Notes under the pieces: model-generated | Database searches by the model: none | What the model saw: only the letters and a program-made list of their open reading frames with translations | Told to the model about the DNA's origin: nothing | Source: Candidatus Poribacteria bacterium | GTDB taxonomy: Bacteria; Poribacteria; WGA-4E; WGA-3G | Direction: 5' to 3' | Assembly: GCA_965214095.1 (NCBI GenBank) | Contig: OZ243938.1 | Span: 1,504,001 to 1,568,000 of the forward strand | Length of the DNA: 64,000 bases | Shown: positions 48,088 to 58,318 of the stretch, one piece after another | How the letters are laid out: the number at the start of each line of letters is the position of its first letter | How positions within the stretch are numbered: the first letter of the stretch is position 1 | Made by a program: the position numbers and the translations under genes

Positions 48088-48807
48088 CTATTTCAATTCT
48101 TTGTTAATCCACATAACAACTTTTTCAACCATAATGGGAGTACCGTCATCAGAAAAGACATGGTCTACGCCGGGTAGTTCAATGAGTTCTGTGGGTTCAT
48201 TTGCAAACTGAAGAATATCAATACTATCTTGGATTGGAACAATGTCATCTTCTGCGCCGTGAACTAATAGCCATGGACCACCAAATTTGCTTGCTTGTTT
48301 TGCAACGCTTTCAATCGTTGCCATGTCATCTATATAAGTTTGTGAGAGCGGACAGTCCGGTTCATCCCACATAAAGCCTTTGTCGGGAGTTACATCCCCA
48401 AATTCACGGTCGGCAAATGCTTCTGTGTGCACCATTCCGGCAAGTGAGACGAGAACTTCAATCCGTTCATCTGCAGCTGCACGGAGTACACCGACAGCAC
48501 CACCCATACTGTGTCCAACATAGCATACTTTGTGATCGTTGAGAACATCAAGGACGTTACCGAGGTCTGCTACTTCTTTCGTGATGGTAGAGTCTGAAAA
48601 TTTACCCTCAGAATCACCGTTGCCAGAGAATGAGAAGCGTAAGGCAGCGATGCCAGCATCTGCAAGTCCTTCTGCTAATGCAATAAGGGCAGGTCTGTCT
48701 TTGTTGCCGGTAACACCGTGTCCAATGACTACGATTCTGTCGTCTTTTCCTTCGTGGTATGTATAATCCAGTTTTTCGTTGTGTTCGTTTCTAATTTCAC
48801 CAAACAT
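48088..48807 (-). CDS. Alpha/beta hydrolase
   Basis: HGVTG, GNGDSEG, GHSMGG, HGAEDDIVP, DHVF. Confidence 0.9.
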   Translation of the reverse strand: MFGEIRNEHNEKLDYTYHEGKDDRIVVIGHGVTGNKDRPALIALAEGLADAGIAALRFSFSGNGDSEGKFSDSTITKEVADLGNVLDVLNDHKVCYVGHSMGGAVGVLRAAADERIEVLVSLAGMVHTEAFADREFGDVTPDKGFMWDEPDCPLSQTYIDDMATIESVAKQASKFGGPWLLVHGAEDDIVPIQDSIDILQFANEPTELIELPGVDHVFSDDGTPIMVEKVVMWINKELK

Positions 48808-48895
48808 AAAATTGTTGGGCGGAACACACTCCGCCCAAATTTCCTTTTATTATAGCGGTTAATACCACATAAATTAAGTTGAATCTTAACAAGAA

Positions 48896-51193
48896 CTAAT
48901 GTCCATTATTCTTCAATGCCTCAACAACCTTTTCAGGTTTGATCGGCAGCTCTGTAACACGGATGCCAATAGCATTCTTGACAGCATTTGCCATTGTTGC
49001 TAATGTTGGCGTTATAGGAGGTTCACCAACACCTTTGGCTCCATAAGGACCATTGGGTGCGGGAACTTCTACGATCACAGATTCAACAGTCGGTAGGTCA
49101 GCAGAGGTCGGCACACGGTAATCTACGAATCCGGGATTAACATTTCCGTTTTCACCGTATTGCATCTCTTCCATCATTGCCCATGCGTAACCTTGCACTA
49201 CACCACCTTCAATTTGTCCTTCAACTGCCATCGGATTTATGGCAAACCCTACATCTTGAGAAGCAATAAGTTTGAGGACTCTGGTTCTACCGGTGTCTGG
49301 ATCCACTTCAACTTTAGCGATCTGTGCGGCGAGCGCGGGTGTGCTCGGTTGCCGTGCGAAAGAACCCTTACCGACAATCGGTCCACCTGTCGTTGAGAGA
49401 CTATACGCTGCAAGTTCACCTAAAGAGATGGATTTCGGTGGGTCTGCCGTAATAAGATGAACACCACCATCTTTCAATTCAAGGTTATCCTCGTTTGTGT
49501 TTAGTCGTTCTGCAGCGAGTTCAAGAATACGTCTACGTGCATCTTCTGCCGCGAGTTTAGCCGTGTTACCCATTGTGAAGGTTACCACGCTACCACCTGA
49601 ACCTGTAGAGTAAGGGGCTGAGTCTGTGTCTCCACGTCGGATTGTGACACTTTCGTACGGAACGGTTAGGATTTCAGCGATAATCTGTGTGATTGCGGTA
49701 TCTGTACCTGTTATATCCATAGAACCGTGGAAAATCCTTGCGCTTCCATCCTCGTGGACAGAAACATAAACACCACCAGGACCGCATCCATTTGTCCAAT
49801 CGCCGACAGCAACTCCCCATCCTTGGTTATCATTCGTTTCTCTATTCCACCATCCAGCTGCATCTGCAACTGCTTCTAAAGTTTCCTTGTATCCGACTTT
49901 CGGTTCACTGCCACCTGCGGGAACAGCGTCTCCTTCTTCACGCATATTCATCAGACGGAATTTGACCGGATCCATGCCAATCTTTTCAGCAATATCGTCA
50001 AGTTGTGATTCACCAGCGAAAATGGCTTGTGGTGCACCGGGTGCTCTATATGCAGCAGTTCCAGATTTGTTTGTATGCACACCATAAGCATCTACCTTGA
50101 TGTTCGGTATTTTGTAGACACCGCGGACTCTTATGGTACTACCGATGGAGGCACCAGAGACAGAACCGGAATCCCAAAATGCAAGTGCTTGACGTGCAAG
50201 AATTTGTCCGTCTTTGGTCGCACCTGTTTTGATTTTGATAACACATCCGGGTGCTGGTCTGCCATCAAGGAATTCTTCTTCCCGCGTCATTTGTACACGA
50301 ACTGGTCGTCCGGCTTTTTGTGAGAGCAGTACAGCAGGAACGTGCGTGATAATCACGCCAAAACGTCCACCAAAACCGCCACCCATCGTAGTTCCGATGA
50401 CGTTGATTTGTGTGAGAGGGATACCGAGTGTGCCAGCAATACCGGATCGGATAGCAAAAGGGCCTTGCGTAGATGCCCACACCGTAACCTTACCTGAAGA
50501 ATCTGCACTTGCTACTGAGACATGCGGTTCCATGTATGTTTGATGAACACGAGGAATCACATAAGTATCTTCAACGACGACATCAGATTCAGCAAATCCT
50601 TTTTCAACATCTCCAGCTTCTGTGTGCGTTTCTGCAGAAATGTTATAGTAAATTTCATCAGAATATTTTTCTAATTCTGCCTGAAGTTTGCGAATTGTAT
50701 CGTTATTGCCATCTGAATCTGCATCAGACAGTTCCTTTATTTTTCCGTTGATGCTTCGCCGGTTTGGACCATCTTTTGTCTCATCCCCGTGCAAACGAGG
50801 AGCAGATGGTTTTATTGATTCTATGACATCTTGCACAACCGGTAGCACTTCATATTCAATTTTGATGAGTTCTGCTGCTTCTTCAGCAACATCTGCGTCT
50901 GTAGCAGCGACAGCTGCGAGAGGTTCACCTAAGTAAAGCACTTTATCCGTAGCAAAGACACGGCGTCCGCTTGGTACATCGTCTTGTGTAACAATTGCCC
51001 TGACTCCAGGGAGTTTTTCTGCTTCGCTTGTGTCAATACTGAGGATATTCGCGTGTGCGTGTTTGCTACGAACGATTTTGCCATAGAGCATACCAGCAGG
51101 ATGAATATCTGCACCATATTGCGCTGCACCCGTTACTTTTTCAACTGCATCCACGCGCGGCAGTTTTTTACCGACAACCGAATAATCTGACAT
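48896..51193 (-). CDS. Xanthine dehydrogenase-family molybdopterin-binding large subunit (operon A)
   Basis: KVTGAAQY, GGGFGG, AYRAPG, EGQIEGG, GAKGVGEPP. Confidence 0.93.
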   Translation of the reverse strand: MSDYSVVGKKLPRVDAVEKVTGAAQYGADIHPAGMLYGKIVRSKHAHANILSIDTSEAEKLPGVRAIVTQDDVPSGRRVFATDKVLYLGEPLAAVAATDADVAEEAAELIKIEYEVLPVVQDVIESIKPSAPRLHGDETKDGPNRRSINGKIKELSDADSDGNNDTIRKLQAELEKYSDEIYYNISAETHTEAGDVEKGFAESDVVVEDTYVIPRVHQTYMEPHVSVASADSSGKVTVWASTQGPFAIRSGIAGTLGIPLTQINVIGTTMGGGFGGRFGVIITHVPAVLLSQKAGRPVRVQMTREEEFLDGRPAPGCVIKIKTGATKDGQILARQALAFWDSGSVSGASIGSTIRVRGVYKIPNIKVDAYGVHTNKSGTAAYRAPGAPQAIFAGESQLDDIAEKIGMDPVKFRLMNMREEGDAVPAGGSEPKVGYKETLEAVADAAGWWNRETNDNQGWGVAVGDWTNGCGPGGVYVSVHEDGSARIFHGSMDITGTDTAITQIIAEILTVPYESVTIRRGDTDSAPYSTGSGGSVVTFTMGNTAKLAAEDARRRILELAAERLNTNEDNLELKDGGVHLITADPPKSISLGELAAYSLSTTGGPIVGKGSFARQPSTPALAAQIAKVEVDPDTGRTRVLKLIASQDVGFAINPMAVEGQIEGGVVQGYAWAMMEEMQYGENGNVNPGFVDYRVPTSADLPTVESVIVEVPAPNGPYGAKGVGEPPITPTLATMANAVKNAIGIRVTELPIKPEKVVEALKNNGH

Positions 51194-51229
51194 CCAATTC
51201 TCCTTTCTCCGTTTATTATCTCTTTATGA

Positions 51230-51472
51230 CTACGCTTCTGCAACATTGGCAGTAGTGGGGATTTGTATTTTCCCACGTCCAATGGCAGTATTACATCTCT
51301 TGCAGACTTTGAATGTCTGTTCATCCACTTCGCGTGAATAAAGCACCTTTACACCTGTCCGTCCACAAGCGGGACATGTTCCACGTCCGTTATTGTATAT
51401 GCCTTCATGGACATTGCCGTTGGGATCAACATATAGGTGTCTGATTCCTGAGCCACGATGTGTTTTTGCCAT
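51230..51472 (-). CDS. 80-aa basic four-Cys (CxxC...CxxC) protein embedded in operon A
   Basis: AAAGGAG RBS; GRGTCPACGRTGVKVLY...KVCKRC; fills the gap between the small and large subunit genes. Confidence 0.7.
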   Translation of the reverse strand: MAKTHRGSGIRHLYVDPNGNVHEGIYNNGRGTCPACGRTGVKVLYSREVDEQTFKVCKRCNTAIGRGKIQIPTTANVAEA

Positions 51473-51516
51473 CTTTTTCTCCTTTATAATTTCGGCAGAT
51501 TTATTCTGCTTGTTCT

Positions 51517-52050
51517 TTATGAGTTAGTACGTATCTCTTCTGCTGCTTGTAGAACGGCTTCAAGAATCTTTGTATATCCAGTGCACCGGCAGATGTTGCC
51601 ACCAAGTGCAAACCTGAATTCTTCTTCAGTCCGATTTGGATTTTCGTCTACGAGTGCTTTTGATGCCATGATAAAACCGGGTGTGCAAAATCCGCACTGG
51701 TAACCACCGGTATCAATAAATGCTTGTTGAATAGGATGGAGTTCACCTTCGCTGGCTAAACCTTCAATAGTAGTGATTTCTTTTCCAGAGGCGGTAACGC
51801 CAAGTACCATACAGGATGTGACCGCTTTTCCATCAACGATGACGGTGCAGGCACCGCAATCTCCCGTGCTACATCCTTCTTTAGTTCCTGTCAAACCGAT
51901 TGTATCGCGAAGCACTGCAAGTAGCGTTTTGCGAGGTTCAACCAGCAAATCGTGTTCATCTCCATTAACTTTTAGACTGACAGGGTGTTTTGGCGAAGCT
52001 TGCAAGCCAAAACTTGTATTAGATCGTGACATTTCTTCTCCTTGTTTCAT
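51517..52050 (-). CDS. Xanthine dehydrogenase-family 2x[2Fe-2S] small subunit (operon A)
   Basis: KEGCSTGDCGAC, QCGFCTPG, GNICRCTGY. Confidence 0.95.
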   Translation of the reverse strand: MKQGEEMSRSNTSFGLQASPKHPVSLKVNGDEHDLLVEPRKTLLAVLRDTIGLTGTKEGCSTGDCGACTVIVDGKAVTSCMVLGVTASGKEITTIEGLASEGELHPIQQAFIDTGGYQCGFCTPGFIMASKALVDENPNRTEEEFRFALGGNICRCTGYTKILEAVLQAAEEIRTNS

Positions 52051-52093
52051 AGTTACGATATAAAGAGGTTGCTAAGATACAAATGCAATTTCC

Positions 52094-52942
52094 TTATGCT
52101 CTATCTATAGCGAGTTGTAGGGTTCGTCTTGTAAGGACATTAACCATTTCCTTGCGGTGTTCAGCGGAGCAGCGTAGATCGGATATTGGACTGGTTGCGG
52201 CTGCGGCTGCTTCACCTGCTTGATCCAGAAGTTCAGATGTGATTTCTTTACCTTTTAGGAGATCTTCCGCTTCAGTCGCTCGGATAGGAGTAGGAGCAAC
52301 AGCGGCGAGTCCAATTCGTGCCTCAGTAATCGTTCCGTTGTCTATATTGACTGCGGATGCCACACCGATGAATGCCAAGTCCATGACTTCACGGATTTTA
52401 TGCTTGATATAGTGGGAACCAGATGCAGGACTCGGTAGACGGAATTGTGTAATGATCTCACCGGGTTTTAGGACAGTTTGTCCGGGGCCTGTGAAAAGTT
52501 CATTGATAGGTACTGAGCGTTCTCCATCCGTACTTGCGATGTCAACCTGTGCATCAGCAACGAGTAGACCAGCAACTGTATCTGCTGCAGGAGATGCATG
52601 CGCGATATTTCCTCCGATAGTTGCGAGGTTCCGAATCTGAATGGATCCAATTTCCGACGCGCCTTCTGCTAATGCTGTGTGGTGTTTTTGGACATCATCG
52701 GACAATTCAACATCACGCACTTTTGTCATCGCCCCGATAGTGATACTACCATCTGAATCGGTTGTTATGTCATTGAGCCCTTGGATTTTCTGTAGGCTAA
52801 TTACGGATTGCGGTGTTTCGGTATATGCCTTCATGCCGATAACAAGGTCTGTTCCGCCTGCAAGGAGTTGTGCGTGTTCTTCTGCAAACAAACGAGACGC
52901 TTCCGCGAGGGTGGTCGGTTCAAAATATTCAAAACTTTTCAC
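52094..52942 (-). CDS. Xanthine dehydrogenase-family FAD-binding medium subunit (operon A)
   Basis: AGGTDL, QIRNLATIGGN, ASPAAD. Confidence 0.95.
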   Translation of the reverse strand: MKSFEYFEPTTLAEASRLFAEEHAQLLAGGTDLVIGMKAYTETPQSVISLQKIQGLNDITTDSDGSITIGAMTKVRDVELSDDVQKHHTALAEGASEIGSIQIRNLATIGGNIAHASPAADTVAGLLVADAQVDIASTDGERSVPINELFTGPGQTVLKPGEIITQFRLPSPASGSHYIKHKIREVMDLAFIGVASAVNIDNGTITEARIGLAAVAPTPIRATEAEDLLKGKEITSELLDQAGEAAAAATSPISDLRCSAEHRKEMVNVLTRRTLQLAIDRA

Positions 52943-53126
52943 ATCTGTTCCTCCGTTTCATTTATTATTTAACGACAATAGATCTCATGTTTTCTTACTT
53001 ATAAGGATACCCAATTACAGCACAATTGTCAACCTAAATCCTGGTCTATAAAGTTTATGTATCGCAACTGAAAGAATATATTATCACCCTTCTGAGATCA
53101 TATTTTGCATTAACCCATTTTAAATA

Positions 53127-53645
53127 TTAACCCATTTCAAATATAGTAAAGATAGGAATATTCCCTGTTTTTTCTCGTCCATTAAGTTCCGGTAGTTCAA
53201 TTAAGAGGGCAATACCTACAATGTCTCCTTCCAATTTTTCTACAAGCTCTATTGTTGCAGCAAGTGTACCACCGGTAGCCAAGAGATCATCACATACAAG
53301 CACACGACTTCCTTTTGGAAAAGCATCTTGATGAATAGTGAGTGTATCATTACCGTATTCAAGTTCGTAGGTCACTTGATATGTGTGGTATGGTAGCTTT
53401 CCCTCTTTACGAACAGGAGCAAAGGCTGCCCCCATGCGGTACGCAAGTGCCGAAGCAAAAATGAATCCCCTTGCTTCGGGACCTACAATTACGTCAATTT
53501 CCTCATGTTTGTAATGGTCTGCGTATACCTCAATTACTGCATTGAAGACAGCGGCATTTCCTAAAAGCGGGGTAATGTCTTTAAATATAATACCTGGTTT
53601 TGGATAATCTGGTATATATCGGATAAACTTGGATAAACCTTCCAT
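53127..53645 (-). CDS. apt: Adenine phosphoribosyltransferase
   Basis: PDYPKPGIIFKDIT, EARGF, RKEGKLP, YELEYG, DDLLATGGT. Confidence 0.97.
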   Translation of the reverse strand: MEGLSKFIRYIPDYPKPGIIFKDITPLLGNAAVFNAVIEVYADHYKHEEIDVIVGPEARGFIFASALAYRMGAAFAPVRKEGKLPYHTYQVTYELEYGNDTLTIHQDAFPKGSRVLVCDDLLATGGTLAATIELVEKLEGDIVGIALLIELPELNGREKTGNIPIFTIFEMG

Positions 53646-53674
53646 AGTGTAAAAATACTCCTATAAATGGATAT

Positions 53675-54928
53675 TTACATTCCAGAAGGTGTAGGCCATC
53701 CGGGTGTCGGTTCGGTACGGAGTGCTTCTATTTCATACAACTCTTCCACGCTAATTTCACGTTTCAGTTTTGCAGATAGGAGCGCACCGCTCATAATCTC
53801 TGTTGTTTTCAAACCGACATCACCATTGCTAACGGGTTGTGCATCACTGTTGCAGGCATCAAGAAAGTCACGAAACTTATCGGGGAAACTCCTATCAGGA
53901 AGTTCTAACGGTGTTTCTTTAAGGTTACCTTGGTATCGTCTACGATTACCTTTATCGTCTGTTTCCCATTTTCCTTTTTCAAGGAAGAGTTTATCTCCAC
54001 TGAACGACCCTTTAGAGCCGAAGATGAAAATGCCTTGGGGTTGTCCTGCCATGTTGCTTGACCAACCGTGTTCATAAGTAAACGACATACCGTTTGTAAA
54101 TCGGACAAATACTGATACGAATTCCTCAACATCGTTAATCTCTTCACCGGTATATTCTGGAGGCATGCCACGATATGCGATACCACTGATTGTGGCGGGT
54201 TGTGGTGAACCGAGCAGATAGATTGAACGGTTGATGTCGTAGACACCGGTGTCATAGGTCGTACCACCGCCGCTGTAAGCTGAGTTTAGGAACCATTTGC
54301 CGAAACCGAACATGTCAACATTGGGTCTGCCACGGAGACGGTAACTGGTAAGTCTACCATAGTGGACATCACCGATTTTTCCAGAGGTGACATACTCGCG
54401 GATTGCATAACTCGTTTTGTTGAGACATGTGCCACCGCTCTGATATGCAAGTTTCACACCTGCTTTGTCAGTTGCATCGCGCATGTTTCTTGCTTCTGTT
54501 GCTGTGCGTGCCATCGGTTTTTCACAGAAGACATGGAGACCTGCTTTGGCTGCTGCCACTGTGGGTGCTTCATGAACGAATGGAGGGGTAGCAAGACTGA
54601 CTGCGTCTAAATCACACTCCTTTATCATCTCATTGAAGTCATTGTATATTTTTACACCGTTGTCTTTATATTCTGTCCAACGTGCTGCGTTCTCTTTCAA
54701 ATGTTCTTTCGCTTCAGCGGAATCCGATTTTTTTGCTTCCTCTGTTGCCGAGTTAGCACGACCTTCTGCACCTGAAAGCACCTCTGCAGCTCTACGTTGT
54801 GCGTTTGCATCCACCGTATCGCATACTGCAACGATTTCTGCATGTCGTGGATGGGCAAGATAACCGTTGACGTGTGAACCGGATATCATGCCGCAACCGA
54901 TTAGTCCTATTCTGATCCTTTTTGCCAT
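53675..54928 (-). CDS. Gfo/Idh/MocA family oxidoreductase
   Basis: IGLIGCG, HVFCEKPM, SGGG. Confidence 0.9.
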   Translation of the reverse strand: MAKRIRIGLIGCGMISGSHVNGYLAHPRHAEIVAVCDTVDANAQRRAAEVLSGAEGRANSATEEAKKSDSAEAKEHLKENAARWTEYKDNGVKIYNDFNEMIKECDLDAVSLATPPFVHEAPTVAAAKAGLHVFCEKPMARTATEARNMRDATDKAGVKLAYQSGGTCLNKTSYAIREYVTSGKIGDVHYGRLTSYRLRGRPNVDMFGFGKWFLNSAYSGGGTTYDTGVYDINRSIYLLGSPQPATISGIAYRGMPPEYTGEEINDVEEFVSVFVRFTNGMSFTYEHGWSSNMAGQPQGIFIFGSKGSFSGDKLFLEKGKWETDDKGNRRRYQGNLKETPLELPDRSFPDKFRDFLDACNSDAQPVSNGDVGLKTTEIMSGALLSAKLKREISVEELYEIEALRTEPTPGWPTPSGM

Positions 54929-54970
54929 TCTAATGCTCCTTAGTAAATTCTGATGTATCCTTTAATTATA

Positions 54971-55244
54971 CTATAGTTTGGACAGTTTTTTGAGGACTTG
55001 AACAGTGCTCTGGACAAGGAGCATCACAGTCATCGGACCTATTTCTTGAATGATACACCTGTCGCCCCGCTGGGGCTTGCATTGGTCGGGGCACAGTTTT
55101 CTATACACATTCCGCCCCGCTGGGGCTGCTCATTTTGATATTTTCACACTTTTTCATCAAAGTATTATCCTATCCAAAACTCACAATATATTGCAAATGC
55201 CAGCAATATCAGTGTGTAACCAAGAGAAATTGTCCAAACTATAG
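54971..55244. mobile_element. MITE with CTATAGTTTGGACA TIRs and an 8-bp TSD (TAATTATA)
   Basis: TSD at 54963-54970 and 55245-55252; sister of 26578-26966. Confidence 0.88.
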
Positions 55245-55246
55245 TA

Positions 55247-55274
55247 ATTATAGATGTATTATTCTTTTTGTCAA
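55247..55274 (-). promoter_or_regulatory. sigma70 promoter of the Gfo gene, now separated from it by the MITE
   Basis: Minus strand TTGACA-16 bp-TATAAT. Confidence 0.55.
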
Positions 55275-55391
55275 GAAATAGTTAAAGTCCAGATGTGTAG
55301 AGTCTTTGTCAAGACATCTCAATAACCGTTTCTTGTAAATTTTGGTTAATTTTGATAATCTATTATTCAACAGAACAATGAATTTTGGAGA

Positions 55392-56234
55392 ATGTTAATG
55401 TTTACTATTCAGTCCACTTTAACCGAAGAGGAAAAGTGGTCCTTTGATTTACATGGATTCCTCGTTTTGCGGAATGTCCTCTCAAGAGATCAAATTGATG
55501 AGATGTTAGCTGTGCTGCAGCATTGGCTAACAATAGATGAATCAGACATCCCACAACCATTACACCGTGGCAGACAAGAACCGTGTAAAACACATATAAA
55601 CCATATACAATATGGACATCGTCTGTTTCAAGACCTTGCCATGAACTCACATATTATTCGAGTTGTAGCAGGATTAATGATGAACGCACCGCGTCTCTTT
55701 CATAACAATTTCACGATGATGACAAGGCACGATTTTCCTCAACATTTTCATCGTGATGATAGCGGGTTTAAGTTTCCACCGGATTTCAGCAATCCGCATA
55801 ACGATTATCAAGCAGGTGGAGGACATATCTATTGTAACCATATTGCAACATGGGTGGCATTGGTGGATGTGCCAGAGGAAACAGGATTTTGCCTTGTCCC
55901 CGGCAGTCATAAATCTCAATTTCAAACGCCAGAAGGTTTACCTGTCAAACACGATCCACCTACCTCAATCACGTTACCGATGCAGGCGGGAGATGTTGCC
56001 ATTTTTTCAACGAACCTGCTCCATGATGCAAGCCCGTGGACAGAGGATTATCCTCGTATGAACATATTTCAACGGTATCAGTTGAGTGTGTATTTCAATG
56101 AAGGTGGAAAGGGAGGGTATCCGTTTGATGAATATCGTAATCAGATTTGTGAGGAACAGTATGAACTGGAATCGTTTTCTAAAGAACTGAAGGCAGTTGT
56201 TAAACGCATTTTACCAAATAGAGGTGGTGAATGA
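55392..56234 (+). CDS. PhyH family dioxygenase
   Basis: FDLHGFLVL, FHRD, LVPGSHKS, LLHD. Confidence 0.88.
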   Translation: MLMFTIQSTLTEEEKWSFDLHGFLVLRNVLSRDQIDEMLAVLQHWLTIDESDIPQPLHRGRQEPCKTHINHIQYGHRLFQDLAMNSHIIRVVAGLMMNAPRLFHNNFTMMTRHDFPQHFHRDDSGFKFPPDFSNPHNDYQAGGGHIYCNHIATWVALVDVPEETGFCLVPGSHKSQFQTPEGLPVKHDPPTSITLPMQAGDVAIFSTNLLHDASPWTEDYPRMNIFQRYQLSVYFNEGGKGGYPFDEYRNQICEEQYELESFSKELKAVVKRILPNRGGE

Positions 56235-56995
56235 AACTAAAGAATCAGGTATGTATTATTACAGGTGGTGGTAGTGGCATTGGTCGTGATGCAGCCATCA
56301 AAATGGCACAGGAAGGTGCTAAGGTTGTGATTATTGGGAGAACAGAGTCTAAGTTAGATGCTGTCAAAACAGAAGTAGAAACTGTAGGAGGAATAGCGGT
56401 AAGTTGTACGCTTGATGTATCTGACTACGATGCAGTTCTACAGATGGCAAACGATGTGCATGACAACTTTGGAAAGATTGATATCCTTGTGAACAATGCT
56501 GGACACAGTTCACACAATCGTAGACTCCTCAATACGACACCTGAGGAGGTGCGTTCAGTCGTTGATTCAAATCTGATTGGGACATTTTTCTGCACACAAG
56601 CGGTTGTGCCTGCAATGCTGAAAGCAAAATCGGGAACAATTATCAATATATCTTCGCTTGCGGCGGTCACGCCGGGTCCTTTTAGTGGCTTCGCTTACGG
56701 CGCGGCAAAAGCAGGAGTGATAAACTTCACCGAGTTTCTTAACAACGATTTGAGGAATACAGGCATTAGGGCAAGTGTGATAATTCCTGGAGAGGTAGCA
56801 ACACCTATTTTGGATAACCGTCCAATTCCACCAGATGATGATGCACGTACAATGATGGTAGATGTCGCAGAAACATCAGAGGCAATACTGCTCATTGCAA
56901 CTCTACCACCACGGAGTAACATACCGGAATTGGTGATCCGTCCTACAATGCACCGTGATATGGCGGGGGAAGTCGTTGAATTAGATGAACAATAA
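56231..56995 (+). CDS. SDR family oxidoreductase
   Basis: TGGGSGIG, NNAG, YGAAK; ATGA overlap with the PhyH gene. Confidence 0.92.
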   Translation: MKLKNQVCIITGGGSGIGRDAAIKMAQEGAKVVIIGRTESKLDAVKTEVETVGGIAVSCTLDVSDYDAVLQMANDVHDNFGKIDILVNNAGHSSHNRRLLNTTPEEVRSVVDSNLIGTFFCTQAVVPAMLKAKSGTIINISSLAAVTPGPFSGFAYGAAKAGVINFTEFLNNDLRNTGIRASVIIPGEVATPILDNRPIPPDDDARTMMVDVAETSEAILLIATLPPRSNIPELVIRPTMHRDMAGEVVELDEQ

Positions 56996-56996
56996 C

Positions 56997-58136
56997 TTAA
57001 GGTTTGTATATGGTTGTTTCAGGATAGAAACGTGCCCAAGCAAACCAGTAGATGTTGACAGAGGATAGCCGTTGTAAACGTTTCCCCTTGTGTTTACCTG
57101 ATGTCGCTTTACCAGTAATGAGATTCCATTCTGTACCGGAGTTATCTTTAGCGAAATGACCATCCGTGGATGTAAAAAGTATCACTTTATTGTCTACTAT
57201 ACGCCTAAAAACAGAGGTTGCAAACGACTCTTTGTCGTGAAAAATTAACAAAGGCACACCGTTGACTGTATCGTTGAGTATAGCGGTTTTCGCAAATTGT
57301 GTAAGCGGATAAGCACTATACTGTGTTTTATAATGGGCAACTGCACCAGGAGCACCATCTTGTCCATCAGCACCATCTTGTCCATCAGCACCATCTTGTC
57401 CATCAGCACCTGCCGCTCCATCTAATCCGTCCTCACCATGTTTTCGTTGGACTTGGACTCCGATCACAAGGGATTTATTAGGAAGTCTTTTATCGGTATA
57501 TTTCATGCCACTTACACCAGTGTCTCGGCTGGCGTGATACCTTTGATATGTATCATGACTCAGACTTTCAACCATACGTCCCCTAAATGGAATTGAAAGA
57601 ACTTTCGTATCAGGGTAATTTGTCATCCACTTATTCCACTCAATTTGTGGCATAGAAGCAAGAGGTTTTAATTGTTTGCCTTTCAACGGTCCCTGTATCG
57701 CTTTTCCAGTGATGTGTGACCAGAGGGAACGCGTTTGATGATCGTACATTAACAGTGAATCTCTCCATAATTTTCCACTGACACCGAAGGTATAGGTTTC
57801 TCCTTCCAGTTCCCGACTATACACGATAGCCGTATTGCAAAGTGGTCACCATGTGGTAGCGATTTTCTCTCCACCGACAACATCGTTGACAATCTCATGT
57901 CCGTTCAGTAGATAGATTGAGTATGCATGGCTCTCATCGTTGAATGTTACACCGATGACCGGTGCATCCATGTCTAATTTTGCTTTGGCAGCTGGTACGA
58001 ACTGTGGTTTTATGATTGCGGGGATTGCATCAAAACGGAGTAGGGTTTTGATCGGATCGTTGTCATATTCTGCTGCGGTTGCACAAAGGGTGGCGGAGCA
58101 TAAAAGCGTGAGAATAAGGGTGTAATGTTTCATCAT
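56997..58136 (-). CDS. Secreted DUF3179 selenoprotein (in-frame UGA at 57846-57848 read as Sec, codon 97)
   Basis: The two ORF-track pieces are in one frame: HEIVNDVVGGEKIATTW-TGA-PLCNTAIVYSR...FGVSGKL...MYDHQTRSLWS...YWFAW. Confidence 0.85.
57341..57437 (-). repeat. Collagen-like (Gly-X-Y)11 insertion with an 18-bp x3 tandem repeat
   Basis: GED GLD GAA GAD GQD GAD GQD GAD GQD GAP GAV; AGCACCATCTTGTCCATC x3. Confidence 0.85.
57814..57832 (-). promoter_or_regulatory. Candidate bacterial SECIS hairpin
   Basis: CGGCUAU-CGUGU-AUAGUCG stem-loop; loop 20 nt after the UGA with G at loop position 2. Confidence 0.6.
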
Positions 58137-58318
58137 CTTTCCTTGCTTTTCCAATGAGAATGTGTTATAAAATTCTTGTCTAACTGGATAGAATTATACA
58201 CCAATAAACGTAGGATAACAAATCAAAACAGTAGGAAATAATGGAACCACCAAAAGCATTTGCCTCATATTCACATGATTCTGATGAACACAAACAGTAG
58301 ATGCTAACAAAATAATCT

